64,000 nucleotides of DNA from NCBI GenBank assembly GCA_016748015.1, contig JAAOMT010000009.1, positions 390,459 through 454,458 of the forward strand, given 5' to 3'. This DNA comes from Geosiphon pyriformis uo1 (Eukaryota > Fungi > Glomeromycota). Position 1 is the first letter of the stretch. Each line of letters starts with the position of its first letter. Positions 1 through 12,506 of this stretch are shown piece by piece. A model generated the notes under the pieces. The model made no database searches. It was not told the origin of the DNA and worked only from the letters and a program-made list of their open reading frames with translations. Made by a program: the position numbers and the translations under genes.

Positions 1-289
1 GATTATACCCCAAATTTACCACGTGATAACAGTTAACTTACCTTTTTTGGCAAAATTTCATTCAGAGACGAACCAATTTTAATGGCAGTAAATAATACGC
101 AATTGCGCATTCAATTTTCATTCCCGGTCTTTTATTCGAGATCCTATCATTCTATTCATAGCTACAAACAAATGAGTCAAGTTTCTCCAAAACCTATTGA
201 AACCATTTTTTTTCATATACGTAAAGCCCCTTTTTTTTCAACTCATTCTTATCACCGCTTTTTCTGCTAAAATCACAGATTAAAAGGAA

Positions 290-1753
290 ATGGCATCTAA
301 AATCGCAACATCTTTTACGGTTATCGTGGTGCTTTTGGCCTTATTCTACTGTGATGTTTTGCTTTATTTGGAAATTATTGGTGTTTTTCGAAATGTCGAG
401 AGCTACGATGGGCGTGGGAATTGTCAGATAGTCCCTGGTATGCTACGCTCATTCTCAATAACTCGTTTAAATTTGTCCCTATTAGTAAAAGATGATGCTT
501 CTTTAATAAAAAGGCCCTGAAGCTTGCGAAGATCTTGTCATTCATCACCGTAGCGGTTACGCTTTCGCTGCTTGTGGCTCTCTAGAAGATCGTTTATCAC
601 AATGGTGGCCGCCCATCGCAAATTTTAGGAATTCCAGTTATGAACCACGTGAAAACCCATGGGTTTACAATATAAAGGTGATTGAAGATTTATCAGTTAA
701 TTTCACAAATTTTACTCTTACTTAAATCGTTATAATTTTTTTTGGAAAAGACCAATGAGGCTTTTCCTTTAATTTTAAAAAATTTTCCCGAAACAGTAGA
801 TGTCAGTCTCCTTGGCTTAAACTTCTATGACAATCCGGCTGATCCCGACAAAATATTTCTCTTTTTAATTAATTATCGACGTACTGGGAATGTGATTGAA
901 GTATTCGAGCATAGGATTGCCACCCATGAAATATTCTACCTGAGAACTATCTCCCACGAGCTGATTCGGACTCCGAATAATATCTTCCCAGTCTCCCCTG
1001 ATGAATTTTTTATTACAAATGATCATTATTTTAAGGCTGGGTTAAAGAGAAAATTTGAGCGTAACTATTTTAATTCACATCATATTTAAAAATCGACTTG
1101 ATTCTCATGAAAAACTTTTCATTCTCATCCAATTCTAATACTAGACTTTACTAGAAGACCTTGGGGAAATATCGTTTTTCATTCTTCTTCAAAGAATGTA
1201 ACACGTATTGCAACAGAAAAAATTGCCTATCCCAATGGAATTTCGGGAAATTGGAATGCATCGAGGGTTTATGTTTCTTCGATAGGTGATGGAGAATTAA
1301 TCATTTATGAAAGAAATTCAGATAATCAATTAATTGAATTTGAACGAGTCTTTGTTGGCATGCCAATCGATAATCATGGAATTGATGAGGAGACTGGTGA
1401 GATTTATGTTGCAGGTAAAAATCAAGTTTTCTGCTACTTTATATTTTCACAATTTCTTTGCAGCTAAAGGTTTCCTCTTTGATGGCAAAGGTGTACCCAA
1501 GCCTTTGAGAAATCATTTATATTACAGTGATCCTACGGGAAATTCACCAAAAGCACCATTCACTATTCTAAAAATATCAAACAACACGGCAAAAGATTTA
1601 TTTTTCGAGAAAAAATATTTAGTCACAAAAGTTCTTGAGGATGATGGCGAAATCTTTCATTTCGTTACGACACCGGCTGTTGATAGGGGACGCAATGCTT
1701 TGTTACTCAGTTCAATCTTCATGAAGGGTATTATAAGATGCAAGTTAGCTTGA
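290..1753 (+). CDS. Paraoxonase/arylesterase-like six-bladed beta-propeller hydrolase with N-terminal signal anchor (5 exons)
   Basis: Exons ~290-437, 514-677, 751-1060, 1145-1414, 1491-1753 with GT-AG introns. The spliced product has CQIVPGPEACEDL, TPNNI..FFITNDHYF, AYPNGI and MPIDN..IDEETGEIYVAG, matching the PON Ca-binding motifs. Confidence 0.88.
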
Positions 1754-2848
1754 ACTTCCCACATATCGTGGCGTATCATATAGTATTAAAAGCAATTGGT
1801 TATATCAATATCTTTCCCATCAAAAAATATTTTTAATTAACCTGATGGCAAACCTATATATTTTAAAAGTTAGGGAAGGAAACAAACGCCCTAATTGCAT
1901 ATATTAAAAATCAATTTGCTTAAGAGTCGATATTATTGAAAAAATTAGCAATTGAAATATCATGACACTCATTCACTCCTAATTTCTTGGTTGTGATTAT
2001 TTGTATTTTTCTCTTTGAATGTATACCATGCTAAAAAAATCGTGGTGATTGATAAGTTTTTTTTTCAAAATTTAATTATGTCCAAAGCAATTTAGTTTCC
2101 CTTCCATTAACATCAAAAGGTTCACTTTTGTTACAAATTGGGATTGTTGCTAGGACTGTTTTAAAATCAAAAAAACTAATTAAGAATTATTTATTTTTCA
2201 ACATTTACAAAACCCTGGTTTATTTTATAATTCATTAATATTTTATTTTTAAAGCAAGATCAAATTTGACAATAATAAATTTTTTTTTTTTACTTGTAAA
2301 TCATAAATATTTTTAAATAACTTTAAAAAATAGTGTTGGATATTTTAATTTTTTTTAATTTATCAAGCATCAATTAATTAATTATTTTATATTAGTTAAC
2401 TTACACTATTTAACAACTTTTATATTATCAGCACTCTTCTTTATTAGAAAATTCAAAATTTCACATTTGGTCAAACAAAAACCAATGAACCTCTTTAGGT
2501 CAAAAATTTAAATTAAATGTTTAGTGCTTTAATATGAGATAATTTTATAAGGGGAAACACATAAAGTGATTAAAAATTGTGGCTTGAACTTGTGAGTACC
2601 TAATAGGTTTGAAAAGCTTTGTTTTGATGCAAGCCCAAAACAATGAAAATTTGCAATATTATAAATTTCATTTGTATGAACAAATAGGTTTGAACTTGCG
2701 CAAACATTTAAAATAGGAATGATGCCCAAAATACTCTACGATCCTATACTAATCAATTGAGGCTCAGCAAGAGAGCCAGTCCGATTGCTTGTTTCATCAC
2801 CTATAAAATAAACATTGCTTTTATTAACAAGTATAACCATTCATTTAA

Positions 2849-4912
2849 TTATATTTCTAAAGAATTATTTCTCCCAGATGGATCATCTTCGATATCATAT
2901 AGTTTGGTATCATTATCTTGATCAAAGTTCTCGATTAAAACCTGTTCTTCAAAGTTAGCGTCCTTTGCTTCTTTACCCAAGGCTGTGATGACAATAAGCA
3001 GAATTAAACCGATAGTTAAGATGATTGATTGTATTAACGCGTAGTTAGGTGTTCCGTCGGGAAGTGGGACTTGCTCTGCCAAAAAAGCTTCCAGTAGAGC
3101 TGAATACGCGCCTAATAAGCCACCTAGATGTGGAACTAAACATACGTATATACTCCGGACTGTTGGTGGGGCAAGTTCACTTAGATGTGCTGGTAGTATT
3201 GCCCAGTGACCCTATTAAGTGGATTTCGGGTTAATAAATGAGAATTCTTAATTGAGAGAGCTTCAATCTCGTTGAAATCTAGATTTGTCCGAATTTACCT
3301 CAGTGAAAAAATGCAAAAAGAAGTTTCCAAGTGCAATCACAGATATGCTCAATGTTGGAATTGAAGTTAGTGGAATGAAGAGAGCGACCATTATTGCCGA
3401 AATGATAATCATGAATCTTCGTCCCCAGTATTGAGATAAATACCCAACGACTGTAGAGCCAATTATAGCCCCACTCGTTGAAAACATCGAAATTAACAAT
3501 ATTTGCCGCGGATTATATCCCAGTTGTGCCTTCAAGAAGGTTACGTAGAGATCATAGAAACCTAAATAAGTGTTATTTTTATGGAATACGATTAAATCAG
3601 CAAGATTTTTAACAAGAATGTTGAAAGGAAAATCTTGGAATACCCAAAAAACATACCACGTGTAAAATTATAAGCCCCCATTAAGATTATTCCATACAAA
3701 AATCGAGGCCATTGGTTTTTAATTAAATATTTAATCTCACTAAACCATGAAGTTCCTGTCAGAAGCCTATTGTCACGTTGCTGCTCCCAAACTTTGGATT
3801 CGGGTACCCAGAAACGAATTACGACAACGAGAAGAGCCGGTAAAGAGCCGATCAAAAACATTGCTCGCCAACCTAATCTTTCAATCGTAAGATAATAAAG
3901 TGCCGCAGCAAGTAGAGCACCGAGTGGATAGCCTTGTTGTAAAATTCCGGAAAACAGTCTTTAATAAAGAAAATATAAAGTATGTTAACTTCATTAAGGC
4001 TTTAGTGAAAAAAAAAAATTTTGATTTGCTAATGCATACCCTCTACAATCTTGTGGCAAGGACTCCATCGCTAATGTGGCACTAAGACCCCATTCACCTC
4101 CCATCGCTATGCCAAATATGGCTCGAGTGATGAAAAATATCGTGAAATTTGGGGCGAGCCCTGATGCTAACTCCATTATACTAAATAGTAATATATTTAT
4201 CATTAATGGCCACTTGCGTCCCAATTTCTCAGCGGCTACACTGAATATTATGGCACCAATAGGGCGAAGGTAAAGACCAATAGTAATACTGGTAAAATAG
4301 GAAGACATGACACCGAATGTGAGAGAATGATTTTATCCTCACAATATCAAATGAAATAATGAAATAACGAAATGTTACCTTGATGTCACAACGGAAACTT
4401 TTGTTTCAAACTCTTCAGCGATATAAGGCAATGTAAATGTCAGGATAGCGAAGTCAAAAGATCCCAAGATGTATCCAAGCCATGCGCAAATAAATGTGAA
4501 GGCTATGCATTTGAAACATATCAAAAAATCTCAAGTTTTGGATGATACGCTTTTCACTAGACCATGGTTTAAATTTAGTCATGTATTCCACACTTGGAAA
4601 CAATTAACGTTGTCCTTTACCTTGAGCCTTATTCAAGGATTTAATTAACATCCATGGGCTCTTTCTAATTTGTAGCTCTTCTTTTGGACCAAGAAGTGCA
4701 TTGTCAACAGTAAAAGAAAACCTTGACGATGTTGATTCCGCTGAATCTCGAGAGTCTACACTTGGGTCATTCTGTTAGTAGAAAGATTTCAACGAGAAAT
4801 GTCCTTTTGAATTATGGGATTAGAATATCAAACTATTGTGTGAATTTAGCAAATGTTATACCTGTGATGGTATAAGATTTCTAGTTTCATTATTTTTTGA
4901 TCCTGAAGACAT
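2849..4912 (-). CDS. MFS carboxylate transporter, JEN1/sialate:H+ symporter-like (multi-exon)
   Basis: Spliced motifs LRPIGAIIF..AEKLGRKWPL, RAIFGIAMGGEWGL..LAMESLP, QQGYP, RFWVPESKVW, GYLSQYWGRR, HLSELAPP and GKEAKDANFE. ATG at 4912. Confidence 0.88.
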
Positions 4913-5671
4913 TTTTAATATAGTGACTGTGCAAAGTAAAAATCCATGAATTAATTTTGACAAAAATTAATATTAAGGAATCCAGACAAAAAATTCAAAA
5001 AGAATTCAAACAATTTCCTACGATATTTTTTACAAGCGCAATTTGACCTGGAACGCGTGCAAAACGAACTTGAAAATTTCAAGTTGACAGACCAGTCGAT
5101 ATATATATATAAGCCTGCGTATCAATCGTTATCAACCGATTCCTTCGAAATATAATGATTATCTATAAAGTACAAAAACTGTTTTTCGCCCTCATCTAAC
5201 TTAAAATATAAAAGATGTGGGAAAACTTGCTTACCTAATCATTAACTACTTTTCATCAGCTAATTTTTGGGATCGCATATTAAATATAGTAATTGAAAAG
5301 GGATATCATTAGGCTTAAAATTCATTATCTACTTTGCGAGCAATGCATGCACTTTGACGGTGAATGGAGAAAATGTTAGTGAGTTACTAATTTCAGGTTA
5401 CTTTTAGAAGTTGATATGTTACAGCTTTTTGACATACAGCAGATATTATAGATTTAAAAAAAAGTCAGCTGGAAAGATTCCGAAAATAAATGTAAATCAG
5501 TTGGAATATTTTTTAAATTTTGAACTTTTCGCATTTTGAAAGGTTCGTGAAAATAGATCCCAATTACACACATGCAAATCGCAGCAAAAACTTTCAATTG
5601 TTAAAAGAGGGCAGAGAAATTTTTTTTATTTTCAATTTTGCCAAATGTTATTTTGGTATGAGTTTTACAAA

Positions 5672-5783
5672 AAATGAAAATGAAAATGAAAATGAAAGTG
5701 AAAATGAAAAGGAAAAGGAAAAGGAAAAGGAAAAGGAAAAGGAAAAAGAAAAAGAAAAGGAAAAGGAAAAAGAAAAAGAAAAA
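5672..5783 (+). repeat. Hexamer microsatellite (GAAAAT)n/(GAAAAG)n
   Basis: Direct tandem hexamers. They account for the spurious EKEK/FSFS ORFs. Confidence 0.9.
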
Positions 5784-6146
5784 CAAATGATAAAAAAAGG
5801 AAAAGTTATATACAGGAAGAAAAAAAATTTAAAAGTATTAGAATTGTATGCCAATTTACAAAAATTACGGGTATAGATACAAATTTATATAATTGTGATG
5901 GTTTTAAAAATGAAAAAATTCATTTTTAAAATACTATATATATTTAGGGTAAAAAAACTTTGAAATTTTTTAATGAGGAGGAGGAGGAGGAGGAGGCATA
6001 GAATATCTTATAAAAAAAGGCATTTTAATCAGAAGGTTAAATAAAAAGTTTTTCCATAAGGCTGAATTTAGAGATTGTTTTTTTGTTAAATGTTCATCCT
6101 AATGTATGATTATTAAATTGTAAATTTTTACAGGATTTTTCATTGA

Positions 6147-6467
6147 TCAATCAAAAATTTTCGGTTCTTTTGTTTGACGGCACGACAAAGCTTTAAAAAG
6201 CCCACAACACCGTAAATCCTCAAATTCGTCCTGTTGTCCATAAACTTCTACTCGTTTTTCCGTGGAAAATTGTTTGCGCAAGAAGCTAAGCGGACGTTTA
6301 CGTGGTTGGTCTTTGAGTCCTAATTTTACTATAGGCAGCATGTTATCCTGAGATGCTGAGAAATTATTATTAGCGTTATCATTTTTATCGTCCTTTCCGT
6401 TTCCGTTTCCGTTTCCGTTTGTTCGTCCAGAAGTAGTTATCAATGGGGTTACTGTTGGTGTATTCAT
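6147..6467 (-). CDS. Small orphan protein (106 aa) with C-terminal DEFxDxxC..KxLxCR motif, paralog A
   Basis: Intronless ATG ORF, GC-richer than its flanks, with TATAAAA upstream at ~6621-6628 on the minus strand. The C-terminal ~45 aa align with ORF 9568-9843. Confidence 0.7.
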   Translation of the reverse strand: MNTPTVTPLITTSGRTNGNGNGNGKDDKNDNANNNFSASQDNMLPIVKLGLKDQPRKRPLSFLRKQFSTEKRVEVYGQQDEFEDLRCCGLFKALSCRQTKEPKIFD

Positions 6468-6781
6468 TTTTCGCTTATTATAGTTTGAGAAAATTTCCTT
6501 TTTCGAATGATTGAGCTAGAAATTAAAGATTTTTTTCGTATGCGTTTTTTTTTTTTTTAATTGTAAAAATGTGATAAACTTTTGGTTTAAATTTCACTCC
6601 TCCCATTTAATTGACACTGCTTTTATATACAAGATTAAGTGAATTATTAACCAATAATGAATATATATTCTCATTTAGGGCATTATTTCATTCATTTAAA
6701 TTTTGAATCTAATAATCTGGCATCATTGTTTATAGCATTTTTTTTTTTCCAAAACATTGGCATGCTTATAGATCTGTGTGA

Positions 6782-6784
6782 ATG

Positions 6785-6818
<34 letters not shown>

Positions 6819-6870
6819 TGTATGTATGTATGTGTGTGTGTGTGTGTGTGTGTCTGTCTGTCTGTCTGTG
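6782..6870 (+). repeat. Compound microsatellite (TATG)n(TG)n(TCTG)n
   Basis: Directly visible. Confidence 0.9.
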
Positions 6871-7842
6871 TACTAATACTTACGCTATTTTTAGAGTTCA
6901 TGTTAGAATGGTTAAAACAAAGAAAAAGATGGAGCTAATTGGTTGATCCACTCGGGAGTAAAGTGGGCTTAATAAATTTTTCGCAACTTCCCGAGATCAT
7001 TTGTTTATATATATATTTAGATAAACTCATATTTTGACTTTAATCATAGGAGCTTATATTGGTTGGAAACTTTTCTACCTATAACTTTTAGATATCAATA
7101 ATTCAAATTGGTTAATAACTAAATTAAAGTAATTTTCGAGATCTTTTTTATGCCAAAAAAATTGATTATCCTATTCAAACTGATCTTTTTTTAGTAAGAT
7201 GTTATTTAATTGTCAATTTCTTATCTTGGGTGTTAAAACCTTTCTATCGATAGAAAGTAAGTGACTATTGCTCAGGCTGGCTGGTTTGCGCGAATAAGCA
7301 ATCAAAGAAACCTTATCTTTTTTAATTCTCGAGAAAAATGGATCCATATATTTGATCAGTTTTATTTTTAGGACAATCAACCTGACAAACATGATTACAA
7401 AGCTATTGATAAATTGGAAAGATCCTGTTGATTTTTTAAAAAGTAAGGTCCGAATCATTCATTCAGATTGAGGTTGATTAAAATATCTATGACGTATATT
7501 TGACGAAGTGTTTTTCCAAGTTTTTTTTTTTTGAATCCCAAATTATTAAAATATTTTTCGATTCTCATTTATTTTTTTTTGCATAATTAGCATTTAGAAA
7601 ATTTTAAGTTTCAGTTTCTGTCGAGATGGGTAAATAATTTTCAGGATCAAAAAAGTAATAACTGTAAACACGATTCATTTCCAATTACTGTGTGTCGATC
7701 AAGAAAATTAAAAAGTTAAATCACTTTTTTTCGAACAATTGGAAAATTATTTTCAGTTAAAATGAATTAAAAATCTGTGCAAGTTCGAATTGAGAATAAC
7801 ATTGTGACACGAATTTTAAATACTAATTCTTTTTTTCTTTTG

Positions 7843-7876
<34 letters not shown>

Positions 7877-9132
7877 GGTTTTTACAATTTGATATTTAAA
7901 TCTTATTTGGTCTATGTATATCTAAAATATATGCATGTAATTTGTACAAAAGTGAAGCGCAATTCTGCAGTTATAACTACATATAATTTCAATATGATTA
8001 CATAATAAATCTCATATAATATCAAAGACCATTTAAAGTAAGTATTTTCAATTTTTAAAAGATGACAATCGCTTTATAATTTTTGTATTATTGTATTAAT
8101 TCTTTTACTAAATTTAGTAAAAATTTATTTAAAAAATTGTCCATAATTATATTCTATCAAAATTTATTAAATATCCACAACTGACTAGTCACTTACACCA
8201 AAAGATGAAGCCTCTGCAAAAGGCCAAGATTTTCAAATTTCATTTCTTTTAGTTTCTCAGGTGTTAGAAGACACAAAAAATCAATGGGACTAAAAAAGAT
8301 TTTCAATAAAAAAAAAGAATAAAATTTTAAAATATTATGAAGATCAATTTAGGATTATAAAGATTTTTTAACCTTGATTTTCTTGATCTTGGGTCAATAA
8401 AAAACTGATTGTGATCGGGGATCTTTTATTTAATTGGTCGTCATTGAATCATCAATTTGTTTAGGGAGGTGTTGACGCCTCTAAATGAAAATGATTTCGG
8501 GCTAATTTAAAATCGGTAAATCAGATGATTGATTGGAATTTTCTTACTTTCTAGAAGTAATCAATCAGCGGAAATTCTTTCGAATAAATTTTTATTCCAG
8601 GCATAAATATAAGAGGAATTACTCCTTATGGATGATATGATGTTTGATTCAATGAAATCATAATATTATTTCCTTTTTTATATTGCAGCAATGATTCACA
8701 ATATTAAATTTGTCATGGATTATGTTTAATGGGTCACTCCTGAAAGCATGATCCAAACAAATAGCAAAATTTTGGTTTTTTTAACGAATCGCTGCTAACT
8801 TTGGTTAATCAATTTCCTTTCGACTCTGAAAACAAATTAATTTTAAAACTGCTGAGTAATCATAACCTTCTTCTCAGTTAGATCAATTCGATCTTGGATT
8901 TAATTAATTAAGTTGATGATCAAATTAGAATGATTCAATTTTATTATTAAGTATTAATGAAAATGTAATACAGAAGAAAACTATTTACAATTGAAGTTTG
9001 GCGAAAAAAATACGAAACATAACCTTTCTTATTTACATAACGTGAATTGGATTGGATTGGATTGGGTTGGGTAGGGTTGGGTTTGGTTTGTTTTGGTTTT
9101 TACCTTAAGGGCATATTTAGAATTGATTGATT

Positions 9133-9312
9133 GATTGATTGATTTTGAGGGTGCGGATACTTAAGAATTGATTAATTTTGAGGGTACGAATACTTTTGTT
9201 TTAATTGATTAATTTTGAGGGTGCGGATACTTAAGAATTGATTAATTTTGAGGGTGCGAATACTTTTGTTTTAATTGATTGATTTTGAGGGTGCGAATAC
9301 TTAGTAATTGAT
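9133..9312 (+). repeat. Minisatellite: five AATTGATT(A/G)ATTTTGAGGGT(G/A)CG(G/A)ATACTT units with alternating 33/37-bp period
   Basis: GAGGGT core starts at 9147, 9180, 9217, 9250 and 9287. Confidence 0.9.
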
Positions 9313-9567
9313 TTTGTTTTCATAACAAAAAAATATAAATTTAGGTAGATTGTTTCGTATCGCGAATTATAAAAACCTCGTAGTGATATGTGATGAAATA
9401 GAAATAAAAATAAAAATAAAAATACAATTGATAAAAAATGAAAATTTTTGGTAAAATAATTTCTGGATTTTAATTTTTTTTTTTTTCAAAAATTAGATAT
9501 GATTGTCTTTTTTTTATTTTTGTAAATCTGAAAAATTGTTCATCTCCAAGAAACAGGAGGCCAAATT

Positions 9568-9843
9568 TTAATAATGAGTTCGTACTCTGCAAAATAAGAT
9601 TTTAAGAAACGCTATACATCCTGAATCAGTAAATTCGTCTGGATTTCTATAGGTTTCAGTTCGTCGATTGATGACATCAGACATTCGTTGAGTTACGAAA
9701 CTTCGATGTCTTTTTTGCGTTGAAAATTTTACATGTGGATATTGTATGGATTGTGTTGATTTTTCATGATAAAGTTGTGGTCTGATATCACTGATAACTT
9801 CCATATGATCAGAAGTAATTGGGTGAACGTTATTGTAATTCAT
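9568..9843 (-). CDS. Small orphan protein (91 aa) with C-terminal DEFxDxxC..KxLxCR motif, paralog B
   Basis: Intronless ATG ORF with TATAAAT upstream at ~10020-10026 on the minus strand. Shares the motif with ORF 6147-6467. Confidence 0.7.
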   Translation of the reverse strand: MNYNNVHPITSDHMEVISDIRPQLYHEKSTQSIQYPHVKFSTQKRHRSFVTQRMSDVINRRTETYRNPDEFTDSGCIAFLKILFCRVRTHY

Positions 9844-11611
9844 TTTTTCAGTATGTTTCAGTATGTTTATTTATTAAAATTGATTGTTTTATCTGTTTTG
9901 AAATAGGTTTCTTTAATAGGTTCACTAATAATAAAAGAAATGCTAAATTCTCACTTTTTTGATCTCAAGAGAATTTTTGAGAATTATTTCTATGAATTGA
10001 GTTTGAAATAGCTGTTGTATTTATATCTTTTTTTTTGCGTAATAACTACCATATTGCGTCATAAACAAAATTCTCCTAATTACTTTTATCCCAGAACATT
10101 TGGAAATTTCCCCAATCAAAAAGTCTTCTATTGAAGAGCACTTTAAAGTAATTGACCCGATGCAAGAACAATTCTACATTACCCCCAACATGGAGCGATT
10201 ATCATGACATCACGTATTACGCTCGTATGACGGGTTTCCTTTTTTAATTGTGTGGCGAGGATTTTTTGATTGGGCAAAGGGCCGATCCAAATAATCTGAT
10301 CATTCATATTTCATTCTCAGGGTCGAATTCAGGGTAAAAAAAATAAAAATAAAACTATTATTAAATTTATTCAAATAATCAAGAATTAGAGAGAGATAAA
10401 GATTTAAAAGAGATAAAGATTGATAAGCACTATTTACTAACCAAGAATAATATTTCGGAATCATTTGCTATTTTCAAAAATGATGTAATGAGACATTTTT
10501 TGAAATATTCATGACCAATATTAATTCCTGACTCAAAAAAAAAAAAAACTTTTTTAGAAATTTAGATATCGTAAATTCGCGTGCACTCTCGAATAATCGA
10601 TAAAAAAAAATCATTTGATAAAAAACCATGATCTCATATTTCTCTCACGCTGGGCTCAACTATTAGATAGATCAAATTGGTGGCCATCCATTCAAATTGG
10701 TTGCTTAAGATTAAAATGCGTCATGTTGATCATTTTTAAACTCTTTGTGTTTCCCTACCTTTTGACGAATTTTCCGCTTTTTAGAATTATAAATTACTTT
10801 ATAATCGTGAAAAAATACAGAATTCCTTGATTTCCGAGTGACAGTTCCCAAGAAATTTTTTCGGACCAATTTGAAATAGTTCAAGGGTAGACCCATTATC
10901 TAAAGTTTGGGATCCCTTGTAACCGATCTGATGATACATTGTTTCCTAAATTTCTTTAGTGCTCGATTAACTAGATTAATATTATGTCATATGCAATAAT
11001 ATCAAGATAATACCCCTTTTTTTTTTTCAATTTTTTTGACGCAAAAATTCATGAGAAGCACTTTAAAAAAGTTTATAGTATCAGATAATGAAAAAATATA
11101 AATATATATACATAATTCATTATCTTACAACACTTTAAAAACCATTCAATTTTAACTACTGAATGGGAAATAGTTTATCTTGACAAGAGATCCAATAAAA
11201 TTTAATAATTATAAAGATATATTTACATCTGATTTTGCCAAAAAAAGAACTTTTTTTAAGTATATTCATGACACACACATATTTTGGGATGAATTTGTTA
11301 TCGTGAATATCCATTTTTAAAATAAACTGATTTTATAAATTTTTAGACCTATAGGTGTGGCAGAAACTAAATTTCATTTACTATAAAAATATGAATGCTA
11401 TCATTTTTTGGCTTGTTTTTTTATTTCCGCTCTAATGAATAATATTTTTATACGTAATTATTTTACATTTAATTAAATGTACATTTCTTTGATTTTTCCT
11501 TTATATTTAATATGCTAAAATTTACATGAACGACAATAGGGTCTGCAAACTAAATTAAGAAAAAGCCAAATTGTATATAATGTTTTTTTTCTATTATAAC
11601 AGATATGATTA

Positions 11612-12014
11612 CAGAGGGTGGGAATATTAATTCGACCACTCTTATTTCGGCTTTTAAATAAAAATGTGGCACAATGGTTTTTATAAAACTTTATTTTCTC
11701 ATGCTACTACAAAGATAAAAAGTTTTTTTTTAAAGCAACTAAAATACTCCATTTCTTATGATACCTGCTTCAATTTGATCAGGGCATACTTTTGATCAAC
11801 TTTTCGAGTGAAATATCTTACCTTGGCAATTCTACAATTCGAAAAATTTACACTCATTGCGGTAGAGTATAGCTTCCCGTTTTCCGGGGAGAGGAAGACA
11901 CATCTTTTAAAGTGTCCAGAGTCAAAAAGATAATTTTGTAAAATTACACTCAAGCTAAATAAATTTCTAGAAATATAAAAACAAAAGTGATCGAATTAAT
12001 ATCCACACTCTTTA
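11612..12014. mobile_element. Tc1/mariner-type MITE (~400 bp)
   Basis: Left end TA|CAGAGGGTGGGAATATTAATTCGACCACTC. Right end reverse complement TA|TAAAGAGTGTGGATATTAATTCGATCACTT. 30 of 39 positions match, with TA at both ends and no transposase ORF. Confidence 0.75.
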
Positions 12015-12506
12015 TAACAAACTTATTGAATATAAAAATGTTTAAGTGTCCAAGAATAAATTATAATTATTTTTAATTTTTTAGTTTTGATTTTATTCTT
12101 AATAATTTAAAACTTTAGTGATGAAATAATCTTTAAATGTACAATAAAATTTGCATTTTGATTTTAGTTTATAAAGAATTAAAATGATATGATTAATAAA
12201 AGAAAATCAATCTTAAAAGAATTATAACTAAAAAAATGAAAGAATAATTAATAAAAATTTTTAATATTAAAAAATTCTCAATTAGTAAAATTTTATTTAA
12301 TTCTTATTATTAAAATTAAAAAATTATCTGCATTATATATATTTAAATGATGCCGTTTTTAATTAATATAATACCAAATTATTTTGAAAATAACAAAGAA
12401 TTACATTTTTCTTGAACGACGCTTTCATTAACCATGAATTTTAATATTCCATCCAAGGAAAATTGCTAAAAAGCAAGAATAATTCACTTTGGAGAATTTA
12501 GTTTTC

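Noticed and set aside
5520-6938. EKEK, FSFS, CVCV and THTH ORFs
   Set aside because: Translations of microsatellites.
9133-9312. CRISPR-like appearance of the repeat array
   Set aside because: Inter-repeat segments are only a few bp and alternate identically. There are no unique spacers or cas genes, and the context is eukaryotic.
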